Below, piece after piece: positions 12,204-25,262 of a DNA stretch of 64,000 bases (position 1 is its first letter; the number at the start of each line of letters is the position of its first letter). The DNA is from Raja brachyura (Eukaryota). The stretch covers positions 177,878,001 through 177,942,000 of the forward strand of contig OY740781.1 in assembly GCA_963514005.1 (NCBI GenBank). Reading direction: 5' to 3'. Below the pieces are notes generated by a model. That model made no database searches. It saw only the letters and a program-made list of their open reading frames with translations, and was not told the DNA's origin. The translations under genes and the position numbers were made by a program.

Positions 12204-13794
12204 CTAGATCAGGTGGGACCCGTTGGGCCCCCTTCCCCAAATGCAACCCGCTTCCACCACTAACCCGTTCCCCCAGCGCAATATTCCTCACTCACCCATA
12301 GTCCCCAACTGCGCAGGCACAGCTCATTTGCCCTCAATCCCCAATACTCCCTCCCCTCCTCTTCTCCCCGCTCCCCCACTCCTCACCTCTCCCCTATTGC
12401 ACTCCCCCACTAAACACAATGTTTAAATAACATTTCTTCCCCCCCCCCCCCCACTCTCCTCACAGCAATGTAACCAATCTCTCCATGCACTGGTTGGAAC
12501 ATTGTTGATAGGCAGTTTATGTAAATGAGATGCCATTGTGATGTCATTGACGGGTGAAGCACTGTTCATGGGAAGTTATGTAAATGAGATCCGATTGTGC
12601 TGTCATAGCTGTAACTGCCAGCAACTGCCACTGCAGTGATCAAGTCATTATTTATCAAACTGCGTAATTTCACACACACACAAACTAAATGAGCGTTTTA
12701 GTAATATATACTAGACCAAGTCGGACCTGTTGGGCCCCGTTTCCCCAACGCAATATTGCACCACTCACCCGTTACCCCAACGCAACCCGTTTCCACCAGT
12801 CAACCGACGTTGGCATGCACCTCCAGCCTATCCCCCCCCACCCCCCACACACAATGAAAATCTCGAATATTTTTTTGTAAATTAAATTTTGTAAATGTAA
12901 GGCTCAAGAGCTTCAAATTCCTGAGCGTGCATATCTCTGAAGATCTTTCCTGGTCCGAGAACACTGATGCAATTATTAAAAAAAGCACATCAGTACCTCT
13001 ACTTTCTGAGATGATTACGGAGAGTCGGTATGTCAAGGAGGACTCTCTCTAACTTCTACAGGTGCACAGTAGAGAGCATGCTGACTGGTTGCATCGTGGT
13101 TTGGTTCAGCAACTTGAACACCCTGGAGCGGAAAAGACTACAAAAAGAAGCAAGCACTGTCCAGTCCATCATCGGCTCTGACCTACCTTCCTTCGAGTGG
13201 ATCTATCACAGTCGCTGCCTAACAAAGGCTGGCAGCATTATCAAGGACCCACAGCATTCTGGTCACACACTCATCTCCCCATTACCTTCAGGTAGAAGGT
13301 ACAGGAGCCCGAAGACTGCAATGACCAGGTTCAGGAATAGCTACTTCCCCACAGCCATCAGGTTATTAAACTCGGCTCAGACAAAACTCTGAACATTAAT
13401 AGCCCATTATCTGTTTATTTGCACTTTATCAGTTTATTTATTCATGTGCATATGTATGTCCGTGTGCGTGTGTGTGTGTGAACTCTTATTCCATCCACCC
13501 CCCCACCCATTCTGGAATTGCAGGCTGGAAGACTGTTCACAGCAGGTTGTGTAAATCAGGACCCATTGTGACATCATAGCTGCCAGCAACTGCCACTGCA
13601 GTGTTCAAGTCATACTTTCTCAAATTGCATTTTGTAAAGTTGAAAATGTGAATAAATTGTAAAATCTAACACCAGTCTGAACAAGGTGGTGCAAAAATTG
13701 TAGCACTATCGTGTACCGTTTTTGTGTAATTTCTGGATCCCACTCACTCACAGACATCCAATCAAACAAGATGAGAGTTTTTGTAATATATAGA
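12204..13794 (-). mobile_element. Non-autonomous Helitron, two head-to-tail units, with a nested Rex1 insertion
   Basis: Minus-strand 5' end TCTATATATTAC at 13794. The 3' end has a GC hairpin then CTAG at 12207-12204, in A|T context. An internal junction lies at 12701-12720. Confidence 0.85.
12901..13480 (+). mobile_element. Relatively young Rex1/Babar LINE 3' end nested in the Helitron
   Basis: ORF 13030..13392 LSNFYRCTVESMLTGCIVVWF...RFRNSYFPTAIRLLN is the Rex1-type RT C-terminal domain. It ends in a (TG)n tail. Confidence 0.9.
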
Positions 13795-13799
13795 TAGGT

Positions 13800-14690
13800 A
13801 TATTTATGTTTGCAGATGACACAAAATTGATGGTAATGTGGATAGTGAGAAAGGTTGTCCAAAACTACTGCAGGATTTGGGCAAATGGAATTCAAATTGA
13901 TGATGGAAGGTGATGTTCAATATGGGAGGTAATATACAATAAATTGTTAGGCACCAAGGAATTTTTATGAACAGAGGGATCTTGGGGAACACATTTATAT
14001 TCCCCTTAAAGTTGGAACTTGGGTAGATAGGGTAATGAGGGTTGTATATAATCTTTGCCTTCATGGGTTTAGGCGGAGAATATAACAGGTAAAACTTTAC
14101 AAAATATTTATTAGATTGCACCTGGAGTATTGTGTGCAGCTTCAGTTGCCCGTCGTGGAAAGAGATGGTTGTTCTGGAGCGAGTACGGAGGAAATTCACC
14201 AGAAAATTGCCTGGACTAAAAGACTAATTATGGATTTAAGAAATTGCAGAGTTGTGGATGTAGCCCAGTCCTTCACACAAGCCAGCACCTCTCTTTCTCA
14301 CCACAACCTCCCCATCAACTACATCTACATTTCATTCTGCCTCAGGGAAGTTTCCAAGCAAATCACGCACCAACTACCCTCTCCTTCCATCTCCCGTTGT
14401 ATTTTCTGCAGATACAAAAGCTTAAAAGCATGTATAACCGGGTTCAAAAATAGCTCTTCCCCGTTACTGATCACGGAATGATCTTCTTAACAGCCTGATC
14501 TCTCAACCTACCTCAATGCAGCTCTTGCACTAATATTAACACTATATTTTGCAATCTGGTATTTGTCTATTTGCAATATTTGGTGTATTTGTGTATAGCG
14601 TGATTTTACTCATGTAATGTATGATGTGACTAAATAGTATGCAGACAAAATTTTTCACTGTATCTCAATACATGTGAGAATAAAAAATCA
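13800..14690 (+). mobile_element. Degenerate CR1 fragment followed by a Rex1 3' fragment
   Basis: FADDTK..., HLEYCVQ motifs, then Rex1-like tail 'ttcactgtatctcaatacatgtgagaataaaa'. Confidence 0.65.
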
Positions 14691-15592
14691 ATACATAACT
14701 TTAAGCTATTCATCGGTGATTTCAGAAAGTATTTCCTTGCACAAAGGCAAATCTAAAAGGGCGAGTTAATAGGCAGGCAAGAAATAGTAGGTTACAGGGA
14801 AGTGGGAGAAATGCAACTGTCGGGATGCTAGGTGCCAAAATAAACTAGATGGGCCAAAGAGCCAACGTTATGAGCTAAATAGCCTTCTTGTATACTGCAA
14901 GGTGACGAAATGACAAACTTTCACATCTTTCAGCACTCCAGCACCTTTACTGTTCAAAACTAGGTATACCTCAATGCAGACAAAAATGTCACCGCGAACA
15001 TGAAATATAACTAGGATTTGGTGATTCATCCCTTCATGCATGCTCTACATTCCATTAGATCATGACTTATTTTTATCTCGCACTGCTTTTGTGATTCCCT
15101 TTATATTAAAAAATCAATTGATCTCAGTCTTGACTGCTTAGTGATTAAGACATAAACCTCATGGGACAGTGGATTCCATAGATATGCCACTCTTAGCTGT
15201 TTGGGATGGCTGACCTTTTAGTATAAAATTGTGCCCTACCTCTGGACACTATAACACCTTCAAGAAAGATAATAGTCTCATCTACCCTATCCAACCTCTT
15301 ATGATTGTTGTAGATCTCAAGAAGATAATTCAAATGTTTCTAAAGTCGAGTGTTCAGACCTAGTCTACTTAATCTCTTCAAATATAACAAACATGCCAAC
15401 CCATGAACTAACCTAGTGAAACTATGCCTGTATATATTTCCTTAAATATGGAGACAAGTCTATTTATATAATATTCCTGATGGGTCATATTGGTGGTCTA
15501 TGGATGAATAAAGAAGGATCTATTCTTGTATTCAGTTTTTTACAGTAAACATCAACATACCATTTGTCTTCCTAGTTGCTGGGTGTACCTAA

Positions 15593-16654
15593 TCTATATA
15601 ATTACTAAAACTCTTATCTTGACCACTTCCGGACTGCGTTGTATTTAAATTTGCGCAAAAACGATTCCCCATAGTGCTACGATTTCCCCCCACCTTACTC
15701 ATCATTCTCCTCTGTACCGGTGTCAGGTCTTGGTAAAGGGGGAAGAAAAACTGTTGAGTTGGTAGATTCCTTTTGCGAGATGTTTATATTAAAGTAACTG
15801 GCTTTTCTTCTTTCTTTCTCTTTCTTTCCCTTTTTCTTTTCTTTCCTCTCTAGGGTCTATCTCTTAATCTCTCCAGTCTCTAACTCTTCAAGGGTTTCCT
15901 TTCCCTCTGTCACACTTTTGCACTTTCACATCTCTTTTTCACTCTTCTACTTTCTTTGCTGTTATTTCTCTCTCTTTTCTCTTTTTTTTAAAGCCTTAAA
16001 AAAATTAAGGGGTACAATGACTGTAATACAATATAAGGAATGTACACTGATGTCACTTACGGTACCTCTAATAAATAAAGATATTTAAAAAAATAAAAAA
16101 AATTAAAAAAACCATCCTCCTCTGCTGCAAGTCAAATAAGTTTTGTTCTGATCGGTGAAATAGTACAAAAGTTATGAAGGTTTAAAAATCGTTAAAAACG
16201 CCACTTCCGGAACCCACTGTCAAAATAACGTGACGAGGAGAATAAAAGGCTGAAGGGGCACAGTGTGTTGAGCAGCTTGTGGAGAGTGTGCAGCCTGCGG
16301 AGAGTGAGCAGCCTGCGACCTGCTTCTGTGACGACCAGCACGACCAGCCGGAAGCTGCTGAATTGAACCGTAGTGGAACCGGGATCTGCTGCGTGAGGCC
16401 AAAAGCTGAAGGTGCGGGGTGAGCAGAGTGCGAACTCCCCCTCCCCACACCGCCCTTCCCACACCCCCCCTTTCCCCACACCCCCCTCTCCTCCCCCACA
16501 CCACCCCCCGAGTAGTGGAATATTGCTTTGGGGGAACGGGTTGCGTTGGGAGAACGGGTGAGTGGTGGAATATTGCATTGAGGAATGGGTCGCGTTGGGG
16601 GGGGACCAGGCCTCCCATGTGACTTGGACCCAACGGGTCTCACTCTTAGTCTAG
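15593..16654 (+). mobile_element. Non-autonomous Helitron, single complete unit
   Basis: Starts A|TCTATATAATTACTAAAACTC. Ends with hairpin GGACCC-AAC-GGGTCT, then ...AGTCTAG|T. No TSD. Confidence 0.9.
15715..16111 (+). mobile_element. Polyadenylated retroposed insert (L1-like 3' UTR) within the Helitron
   Basis: T-rich body, AATAAA, A-rich tail, and flanking duplication CATTCTCCTCTG / CATCCTCCTCTG (15703-15714 / 16113-16124). Confidence 0.7.
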
Positions 16655-17245
16655 TATGACTAAAATGCCATCCCAAGAACTAATCCAGTATAACTTTGCA
16701 AGTACATCCTTCCTTAAATAGGGAGACAAGTCTTGTACATAACATTCCAGATGGAGTCATATGGATGCTCAAGAGGTTAATTGAGATAGATCTATTCTTG
16801 TGTTTAAAGCTTTTTGCAGAAAATTAAACGTATCATTTGCCTTCCTAGTTACTAGGAGAACATGCATGTCAACATTTCGCAATTTGAGAAGAAATTAAAG
16901 TGCATCTGAACAAAACACCTTTCAAAGGAAATACTCTCTGCCCTTTTTTATCCTCTACCAAAGAGGAAGAACATACATTTTTTGATTTTTCCCACACACT
17001 ATATTCCATGTCAGGCATGTGTACACTTACCTTGCCCAAATACATCTCCCAAAGTCACTCTGCATCCTTTTCACGGCCGACATTAGCATTTAGCTTTGCA
17101 TATCAGCCACCGTGTAACTTCAACACAGATTTCCCTCATCCAAATCACTGTCATAGGCTGTGAACAGCTAGAGCCCCAGCATCGACCTCTGCAGCACGTC
17201 AACAAGTCACTCCTTCATAACCTGAAAATTACTTCTTTATTCTAC

Positions 17246-17715
17246 TGTAGACAAAAATGCTGGAGAAACTCAGCGGGTGAGGTAGTATCTATGGAGCAAA
17301 GGAATAGGTGACATTTCGGGTCGAGACCCTTCTTCAGACATGTGGAGGTGAGGGGGGGGGGGGGGGGGCGGGAAGAAGAAAAGAAGAGGCGGAGACAGTA
17401 GGCTATGGGTGAGCTGGGAAGGGGAGGGGAAGGAGGGAGTAAGCAAGGACTACCTGAAATTGGAGCAGTCAATGTTCATAACACTGGGGTGTAAACTGCC
17501 CAAGCTAAATATGAGGTGCCGCTCCTACAATTTGTGGTGCGACTCACTCTAGCCATGGAGGAGGCCCAGGACAGAAAGGTCGGATTCGGAATGGGAGGGG
17601 GAGTTGAAGTGCTGGGCCACCAGGAGCTCAGGTTGGTTAGTGCGAACCGAGCGGAGGTGTTGGGCAAAGCAATCGGCAAGCCTGTGCTTGGTCTCACCAA
17701 TGTAGAGCAGATGTA
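17246..17715 (-). mobile_element. Penelope-like element 3' end (GIY-YIG endonuclease remnant plus terminal unit)
   Basis: ORF 17549..17752 LLYIGETKHRLADCFAQHLRSV...VAQHFNSPSH. Confidence 0.9.
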
Positions 17716-18707
17716 GAGTCTTTATTCTACTGAGTTTCTGTCTGTTAACCAATTCTCAATCCATGCAGCATATAGTCCCTGATACTCCATGTTCTAATTT
17801 TGCTTCATTAATCTTGTTTGGCACTTGCACAATAACAACTATTCCTTTGGAATACATTCTAGCATTACCGCTGCTATTGATAACAGGCTAACTGATCTTC
17901 CATTCTTTTTTTTCCACTCCATTTTTAAAAATTGCATTTACATTTGCTACCTTACAATCTACGAGAATTTATGCAAGATTGGAAGATATAACCAGTAATC
18001 AATTATCACCATATCCATCTCATCCAAAACTCTTGGATGCAGACCATCTGGTTCAAGGGATTTATAGATTGAATCCTGTTAGTTTTTAATCCAAGCTAAT
18101 TTATTTGATTTACATGGACCTGTAGTTTTCCCCTATATGTATTTCATTAAGACAGACACAAAATCATTGTTTAATTTCTATGCCTTTTCCTAAATCCCCG
18201 TTATAATTTCACCTGCCTTAGTCTGCAAGGGACCCACATTAACCTCTGCTAACCGTTTCAATTTTATACTCTTGTAGAAACTCTACATAGCTAGTTTAGA
18301 CTCGTTTTAATCAAGTTAAAGACTGGTTTCACATGCACATTTACATTTTTTTTTAAATTGTCACAAAACGATCACTCTTTCCTAACTACAAGATAACCTG
18401 TTGGAACAACAAACTGCAAGTGCTAGTTTACACAACAAGACAAAGTGCTGGAGTAACTCAGCAGGTCAAGCAGCATCGCTGGAGAACACGGATAGGGAAA
18501 GCATTTGGGGTCAGAATGCTTCACCAATAACCTTTCCACTTAAGACATTTCTTTGGTTTCTAAACATACTGACCTAGACAAACACGCACTCCTGAAATTA
18601 AGCTTCCACTCAATATTGCTAATTTAATTTGCCCATCTATAACATGTATGTTCCCATGATCCTGTATTACCCGTGTCAGATGCATCTCTAATGTCATGAT
18701 TTCCATA

Positions 18708-18852
18708 AAGGGCCTGTCCCACTTACACGATTTTTTTCGGCGACTGAAGGCACCCATCATAGTCGTAGCAGGTCGCCGAAAATGTTCAAAATCCAGCAAC
18801 GATCAGAAAAAGGTACGACTCTTTGGGCGACTGCTCACAACCAACCAGCCGT
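18708..18852. mobile_element. Probable partial PIF/Harbinger-type MITE end
   Basis: Begins TAAAGGGCCTGTCCCACT, which resembles Harbinger MITE termini. The second end was not found. Confidence 0.4.
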
Positions 18853-19324
18853 CACTGTGGGGGCATATAAGCCCCCACAGTGTTAGCATTGTGGGGGCTT
18901 ATATGCAGTTGTCAGCAAAGTTTTCCCAGTATCTTGCTATTTCATAACTCCATCAAAACTGATATTTTATTTTACGTGCGAACATCAGCCCTCTCTAATG
19001 CCTTTATCTATTCATGCCCACCACCATTCCCATGCTTACTAAAGCTGAAAGATCATGGAATATTAATTCCCAATCTTGGTCACTTTACAAGCATGCCTCT
19101 GTCATGGCTACTAGACGATACTCAATATTTTCTCTTGGTGCCTTTAATTCACCTATCTTCAATTAGTCTTCATATTTGTACCATTTCTGCTTACTCTAAC
19201 TGAAGATGTACTGTTATATTTGCTTACACTAGTCCCTTCATGGCAGACTCTGGATATCATTACCAATTTGGCTACCTTGCACTGTCACTTTCTCTTTTTC
19301 CCCTCAAAGCAACCCATTTCCATT

Positions 19325-20230
19325 TATCCTCATTCTTTCGGAAACAGGGGTTCCCCTCTTCCATTACAGATGAATCCCTCACTGGGGTCTCCTCGATATC
19401 CTGCAGCTCCGCTATTGTTCCCCCTCCCCCCGTTCGTAACAAGGACAGAGTCCCTCGTCCTCGCCTTCTACTCAATCAGCCGTCGCATACAGATATAATC
19501 CTCCATTTTCGCCACTACTGGCCACATATCCGATCTCCACCACTTTCTGCTTTCCACAGAGACCGTTCCCACCAAAACTCCCCGGTCAACTCATCCCCTT
19601 CCCATCCCATCCCCAGGTACTTTCCCCTGCATCCCAGGAGATGCAACACCTGTCCCTTTACCTCCCCTCTCGACTCCATCCAATGACCCAAACAGTCTTT
19701 CCAGGTGAGGCAGCGGTTCACTTGCATCTCCTCCAACCTCATCTAATGTATCCGCTGTTCCAGGTGTCAACTTCTCTACATCGGCGAGACCAAGGGCAGG
19801 CTCGGCGATCATTTCGCTGAACACTTCTGCTCAGTCCGTCTTAACCTACCTGATCTCCTGGTGGCTCAACACATCAACTCCCCCTCCCATTCCCAATCTA
19901 ACCTTTTTGTCCTGGGTCTCCTCCATTGTCAGAGTGAGGCCGAGTGCAAATTGGAGGAACAACACCTCATATTTCGCTTAGGTAGTTTACACCCCAGGGG
20001 TATGAACACTGACTTCTCTAACTTCAGATAGCCCTCGCTTTCTCTCTCCATCCCCTCCCCCTTCCCAGTTCTCCCACTAGTCTTACTGTCTCCGACTACA
20101 TTCTATCTTTGTTCCGCCCCCTCCCCTGACATCAGTCTGAAGAAGGGTCTCGACCCGAACATCACCCATTCCTTCTCTCCAGAGATGCTGCCTGACCCGC
20201 TGAGTTACTCCAACATTTTGTGTCTACCTT
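19325..20230 (+). mobile_element. Penelope-like element (Neptune-type) 3' portion: linker zinc-knuckle, GIY-YIG endonuclease and terminal unit
   Basis: RRCNTCP linker; C..C.LLYIGETK.RL...FAEH; LEEQHLIFRLG; then CTGAAGAAGGGTCTCGACCCGAA. Contains stops. Confidence 0.9.
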
Positions 20231-20599
20231 CCATTATCCTCTTCCTTGAATTCCAGCTTGCCATTTTAGATTTTTAAAAAGTTGATTATAACTCTCATTG
20301 ATAAATTTGACATATACAATTTGCATTTTGATCCAATGGTTCCATATTCCTGAATATCCTTGCTCTAAAATAGCGAAATGAATTTAAAGCCAACTTAGCT
20401 TATGGACAATAACTTGATATGATCAGTCCCTTGCAAACACAAACAAGAGAAATTATAATGCAGAATAAGGAAATAGCAGATAAATAAAACAGATATTTTT
20501 TGGTCCGCGTTGAACATATAATAATCTTTCCGCAATTGGTGGCAGACAACAGGACTAGAAAGAACAAGCTGAAAAAAATTACCAAAACTAAAAAATTGA

Positions 20600-22450
20600 G
20601 AAATTAATTGGACTGTCATGATTTGAAGAAGCTGCATCTCAAAAATTTTAAAGAGGTGGCTATGGAGATGGCAAATGGCTGTATGTTTCAAAATTCCTCA
20701 TATTCAGTAATGTTCACACAGGTTGGAAGGCCACAGTATGTCCTCACTATTGACAAGAGAAGGAAGACGGGAAATAATGTCTGACCTAGGTTGTTGGAAA
20801 GTGCTTGGTATCCATTATATAGTGACAAGGGCACTTAAGAAAAAATATGAAATCAGGCAGAGTCAACATGTATTTATGAAAGTAAAATCATACTCAACAA
20901 AGCTATTTGGGTGTTTTGTGCTCACCAGAATTAGCACCGCACAGTTGCGCAGTGGTAGAGTTGCTGCCTTGCAGCTCAAGAGACCTGGTTTTGTTCCTGA
21001 CTACGCGTGATGTCTGTGCTGAGTTTGCATGTTCTCGCTGTGACCTCGTGTGTTTTCACCAGGAGCTCTGGTTTCCTCCCACGCCAAAGATGTACAGGTT
21101 TGTAGGTTAACTGGTTTCAGTAAAATTGTAAATTGTCCCCAGTATCAAGGATAGTGCTAGTGTGCGGGGTGATCGCAGGTATTTTCTGGAAAACCTTTGA
21201 TAAGATGCCACACAAGAGAGCCATAAAGAATAAAGTACATCATACTGTGCAAAATGAACATTGGTTAATGGACAGAAAACATTGAGTAGCAACAAAAAGG
21301 TTATTCATGGGTTGCAAGATTTTGACAAATGTCCTACAGGGATCCGTTCTGAGGTTTTAATTGATCATGATCTATATTACCAATTTGGATGAGAGTACAA
21401 AGTACGATATCCAAAAGCTGCCCGACAGTGAGAAATTTGTAGAGGATGCGGTAAGTGTAACAGCACCCCTGCCTTTCTCCTTGGATGCGATCTGATCCCC
21501 ATCACTAGCAGACATGTGGGTCCAATTAGCTGACATTGGATTAACCCACCTAAACCCCGTCTATCACCTATTTATCGGAAACTCCCTGCTAGCTGCTTTC
21601 CCCTGTTGCAGGACCCAGGAAGACCACCAACACCACCGTGTGGTCAAGACTGGCCTGCCAGGAAGAAGCCCTAGACAACCACGCCTCTACTGTGGATAAG
21701 ACAGAGTGCCGGGGCAAGCCCGAGACACCAGTGCCTCGTCCTGTCCCTGGACAACGAGGGACTGCACCCACACACGGAGGCAAAGTCTGAACTGCCAGAA
21801 TAAGCCAGAGAACACCAGTGCCGCCTCTTCAAGCCCAAAAGCCGAGCTGCCAGGATAAACCCGAGGCCGTCAGCATCTCCTGTCGACACAAGGGTGAACT
21901 GCAGGAAGAAGCCCGAGATCACCACGCTTCCGCCTTCAAGACCAGGACTGAGCGACTGGGATAAGCCACCAGCACCACTGTGCCCCGATGACGAGGGATA
22001 ACGCCCCTATGTGGTCCTGGACTTTCTTGGCACTGTAAATGAAACCTATCATGCAAGTTCACCCTCCTGCGAGTGTCGGTGTGGTCACTGCCGACTCCGG
22101 CGTTATCCCTGAAGCACAGCATGGACATGGTTTAATCGAACACAACATGGAAAAATGCAAAATCATCCACTTTGGTACAACAATTGATTTTCTCATTATT
22201 TGTTTTTAAATATGGGAGATTAAAAAGCACAAGTGTTGAGAAGGACCAAGCTCTCTTTGCACAGTTAGCAATCAGGTATAAACATTTATAAAAGTATACT
22301 GCATGCTGGACTTTATTGCAAGAGGTTCAAAGTCATAATATCATCTTAGTGCAATTATAAATGGGGCACTCGGCCTAGAATATTGTGTGCAAATCTTGCC
22401 TCCCTTTCAAAGGAAAGACAAGTTACAGGGAGTTCAACAAAGATTCACCT
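20600..22450 (+). mobile_element. Highly degenerate CR1 LINE with nested insertions
   Basis: IRQSQH.F.K.KS..T.L, 'cagggatccgttctg', 'ggaaaaatgcaaaatcatccactttgg', LEYCVQ remnants. Confidence 0.7.
20935..21178 (+). mobile_element. tRNA-derived V-SINE (HE1-like)
   Basis: A-box-like 'gcgcagtggtagagttgctgcc', and V-domain 'gtgctgagtttgcatgttctc...gtttcctcccac'. Confidence 0.8.
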
Positions 22451-22519
22451 TAGTGACACAAAGACAGAATGCTGAACATATTCAGCAAATCATACAATGT
22501 CAATGACAAGAGAAACTCT

Positions 22520-22700
22520 GTCTCTGGAAAAAATGGATAGGAGACATTTTGGATTGGGACCCTTCTTCAGACCAGTCTGAAGAAGGGCATTGACCCAAAA
22601 CCAGTCCGAAGAAGGGTCCCGACTCAAAACGTCACCTATCCATTTTCTCCAGAGAAGCTGCCAGACCTGCTCAGTTACTCCAGCATTTTGTGTCTATTTT
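22520..22700. mobile_element. Palindromic Penelope terminal unit with extra duplicated core
   Basis: One inverted core (cccttcttcagac) followed by two direct cores (ctgaagaaggg / ccgaagaaggg...aaaacgtcacc). Confidence 0.75.
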
Positions 22701-23114
22701 TGAGCATATTCCTGCTCAGTGCAAAGTCATCAGGGACCTCCCTCCAAAGTACAGCAAAGATCAGATCATTTGTTGCACAGCAATTCTTGAGCCCGTTTGA
22801 ACACAGAGTTCACCTCAGAGATCTGTCGAGCGGATACATTTTGCATAGAAAATAGGTGCAGGAGGATGCCATTCGGCCCTTTAAGCCAGCACCGCCATCC
22901 ATTGTGATCATGGCTGATCGTCCCCAATCAATAACCCGTGCCTGCCTTCTCCCCATATCCCTTGATTCCACTAGCCCCTAGAGCTCTATATAACTCTTAC
23001 ATTATAAGAATATAGGGTAAAAAGACGATATTAAAATTGAAAAAGGCAGACTCTTTATTTTGTGGACAACACGTCACGTTAACAACACGACACGTCACGT
23101 CAACAAACCTCACG

Positions 23115-23830
23115 TCAAAAACCTTGGCGTGAGGTTTGACAGCGTTGAAATTTGACAAACAAGTCAATGCCGTGGTAAAAGCTAGCTTCTTTCAGATTCG
23201 GACGATAGCTAAAATAAAACAATTCCTCCAGTTTGACGACCTCGAAAGGATCATCCACACATTTATCTCCTCCCGCCTAGATTACTACAACTCCCTTTAC
23301 ACTGGCATCAGCTAATCTTCCCAGTCCCGCCTGCAACTGGTCCAAAACGCTGCTGTGAGTCTCCTGACGGGCACCCAAAAAAGGGACCACATCACCCTGA
23401 TTCTGGCCCCTCTCCACTGGCTCCCTGTGTGGTTCCGAATAAATTTCAAGATCCTTCTTTATGTTTACAAAGCCCTTAACGGGCTTGCCCCCACCTACAT
23501 CAAAAGTCTGCTTACCCACCACACCACCTCCATTTAGGTCCCTCAGATCGGCCGACTTGGGGTTACTGACCATCCCGCGGTCGAGGCATAACCTCAGGGG
23601 CGACCGCGCCTTTGCGGTTGCAGCTCCTAGACTGTGGAACAGCATCCCTCTTCCCATCAGAACTGCTCCCTCCATCGACTCTTTTAAGTTGAGACTTAAA
23701 ACTCATCTTTACTCTCAAGCCTTTCGTGACATCATATGAGGGAGAGCTATATGTATGTATTTATATATGTACTTAATCTATCAACCATTGTTGTATAACG
23801 TTAGTACCTCCACCAATGTAAAGCACTTTT
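23115..23830 (+). mobile_element. L2 LINE 3' end
   Basis: SRLDYYNSL, LQLVQNAA, HITLILAPLHWLPV..RI.FKI, GDRAFAVAAPRLWNSIP; terminal 'tgtaaagcacttt'. Confidence 0.9.
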
Positions 23831-25262
23831 GGACTTCAAATGGCATCCATTGATCTGGTAAGATGAACTTGATAAACATTACTGGCATTAACTGAAGCAG
23901 AACACCAAGTTTTCTCGAGTTGTGACACTTTTATTAATTTCTCCCTCATCGTCTTCAAACCATAAGTTTGAAGAATCGATTAGTACTGGTATTAATCATT
24001 CCAAAAGTACATCCCGTAATCAAAGATGGGTTTCATAGTTTTCCAATTCATGCAATCCCTCATTATAATAAGCAGAGTGATGCATTGGAATATGTACCAT
24101 TTCATCTCCAAAGGACTTTGTGCTCCACAGGCTATTCCAGAATCACATATTTAAAAAAGACCAAAAACCACACGATATAAGGAATCCTGTGGTCAAGTGA
24201 GCCAACAAAAGGAATTGTTTATGATGAAGCACAGCCATCTAAAACTCTCTGGATTAAACATATGTGCTGTAAGGCACACTCATGCAAGATGCAGCTTATG
24301 TAGATGTTTGGCAAAAGGCTGCTATGTAATGCACCTTTCAAACCCATTTTGGTGTGTGAGAGACCTGAACCTGCATGTTGACGTCTGAATACTCAATGTG
24401 TGGTGGTAATGACTGTAACATATGATATAATTGATAAATGTTAAACTCTCATTTACCTACAAGCATCTTTTACCATTTTTAATTATGTATTAATTTTGTG
24501 AAATATAAATTCCTATTAAAACAATATTCCAAGTCACAATAAGAAAATTGACCTGACAGGCTTCAGGACCAAGAAATTATTGTATAACAAATTCAAAAGT
24601 ACATATACTGCAATTATCAATGTAGCCTGCAAAATGACACGATCCAAAAACAACGCTTACTAATATTCACTGTTACAAATACTGTTCATGGGAATGAGCA
24701 TCAAGTGGAGCGATTAGATGATTGTTTGTGAAGTTTAGATAATTAAATTCAAGGTCATCTTTCAAAATTAACTTCAAGCAAAGAATTTAAAAATCAGCAT
24801 GGAACAAAAAACGATTTGGTACCAAAAGCTGCGAGGCGCAGAATATTGGAAACCTAACTTTGCATCAGTACTTGGGAAAAATAAACAAATGTCCTCACAC
24901 TTTCAACTGGAGGTAGAAGGGGATATTATACATTAGCAAAAATGAATGAACACGATTAAACTATCGGATATCCATCCAGGCATCCGTGACTTTTCTAACG
25001 GTAATGAGAGCCTATGAATGTTTGACTTCAAACACCATCAATTGATCTGATAATCTGAACTTGCCAAATGTTCGCGCAGATCAACTTCGAATGGGATGGC
25101 TGAGACACCTACCTGGCGAATGAATGAGGTTAAGGACAGAATTACGGTCTTCATCATCTACTGATCACGCTCCTTTCCACTCCAATACACCTAGAGGTGG
25201 TCTCCTTTTCCTCGACGGTCCCAACGAGCAGCACAATGTGCGAGAGGGATGAAGGGACTTAC

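Noticed and set aside
20935-21010. tRNA-like sequence (also ~34240-34320 and 40215-40290)
   Set aside because: SINE heads continuing into a V-domain, not tRNA genes
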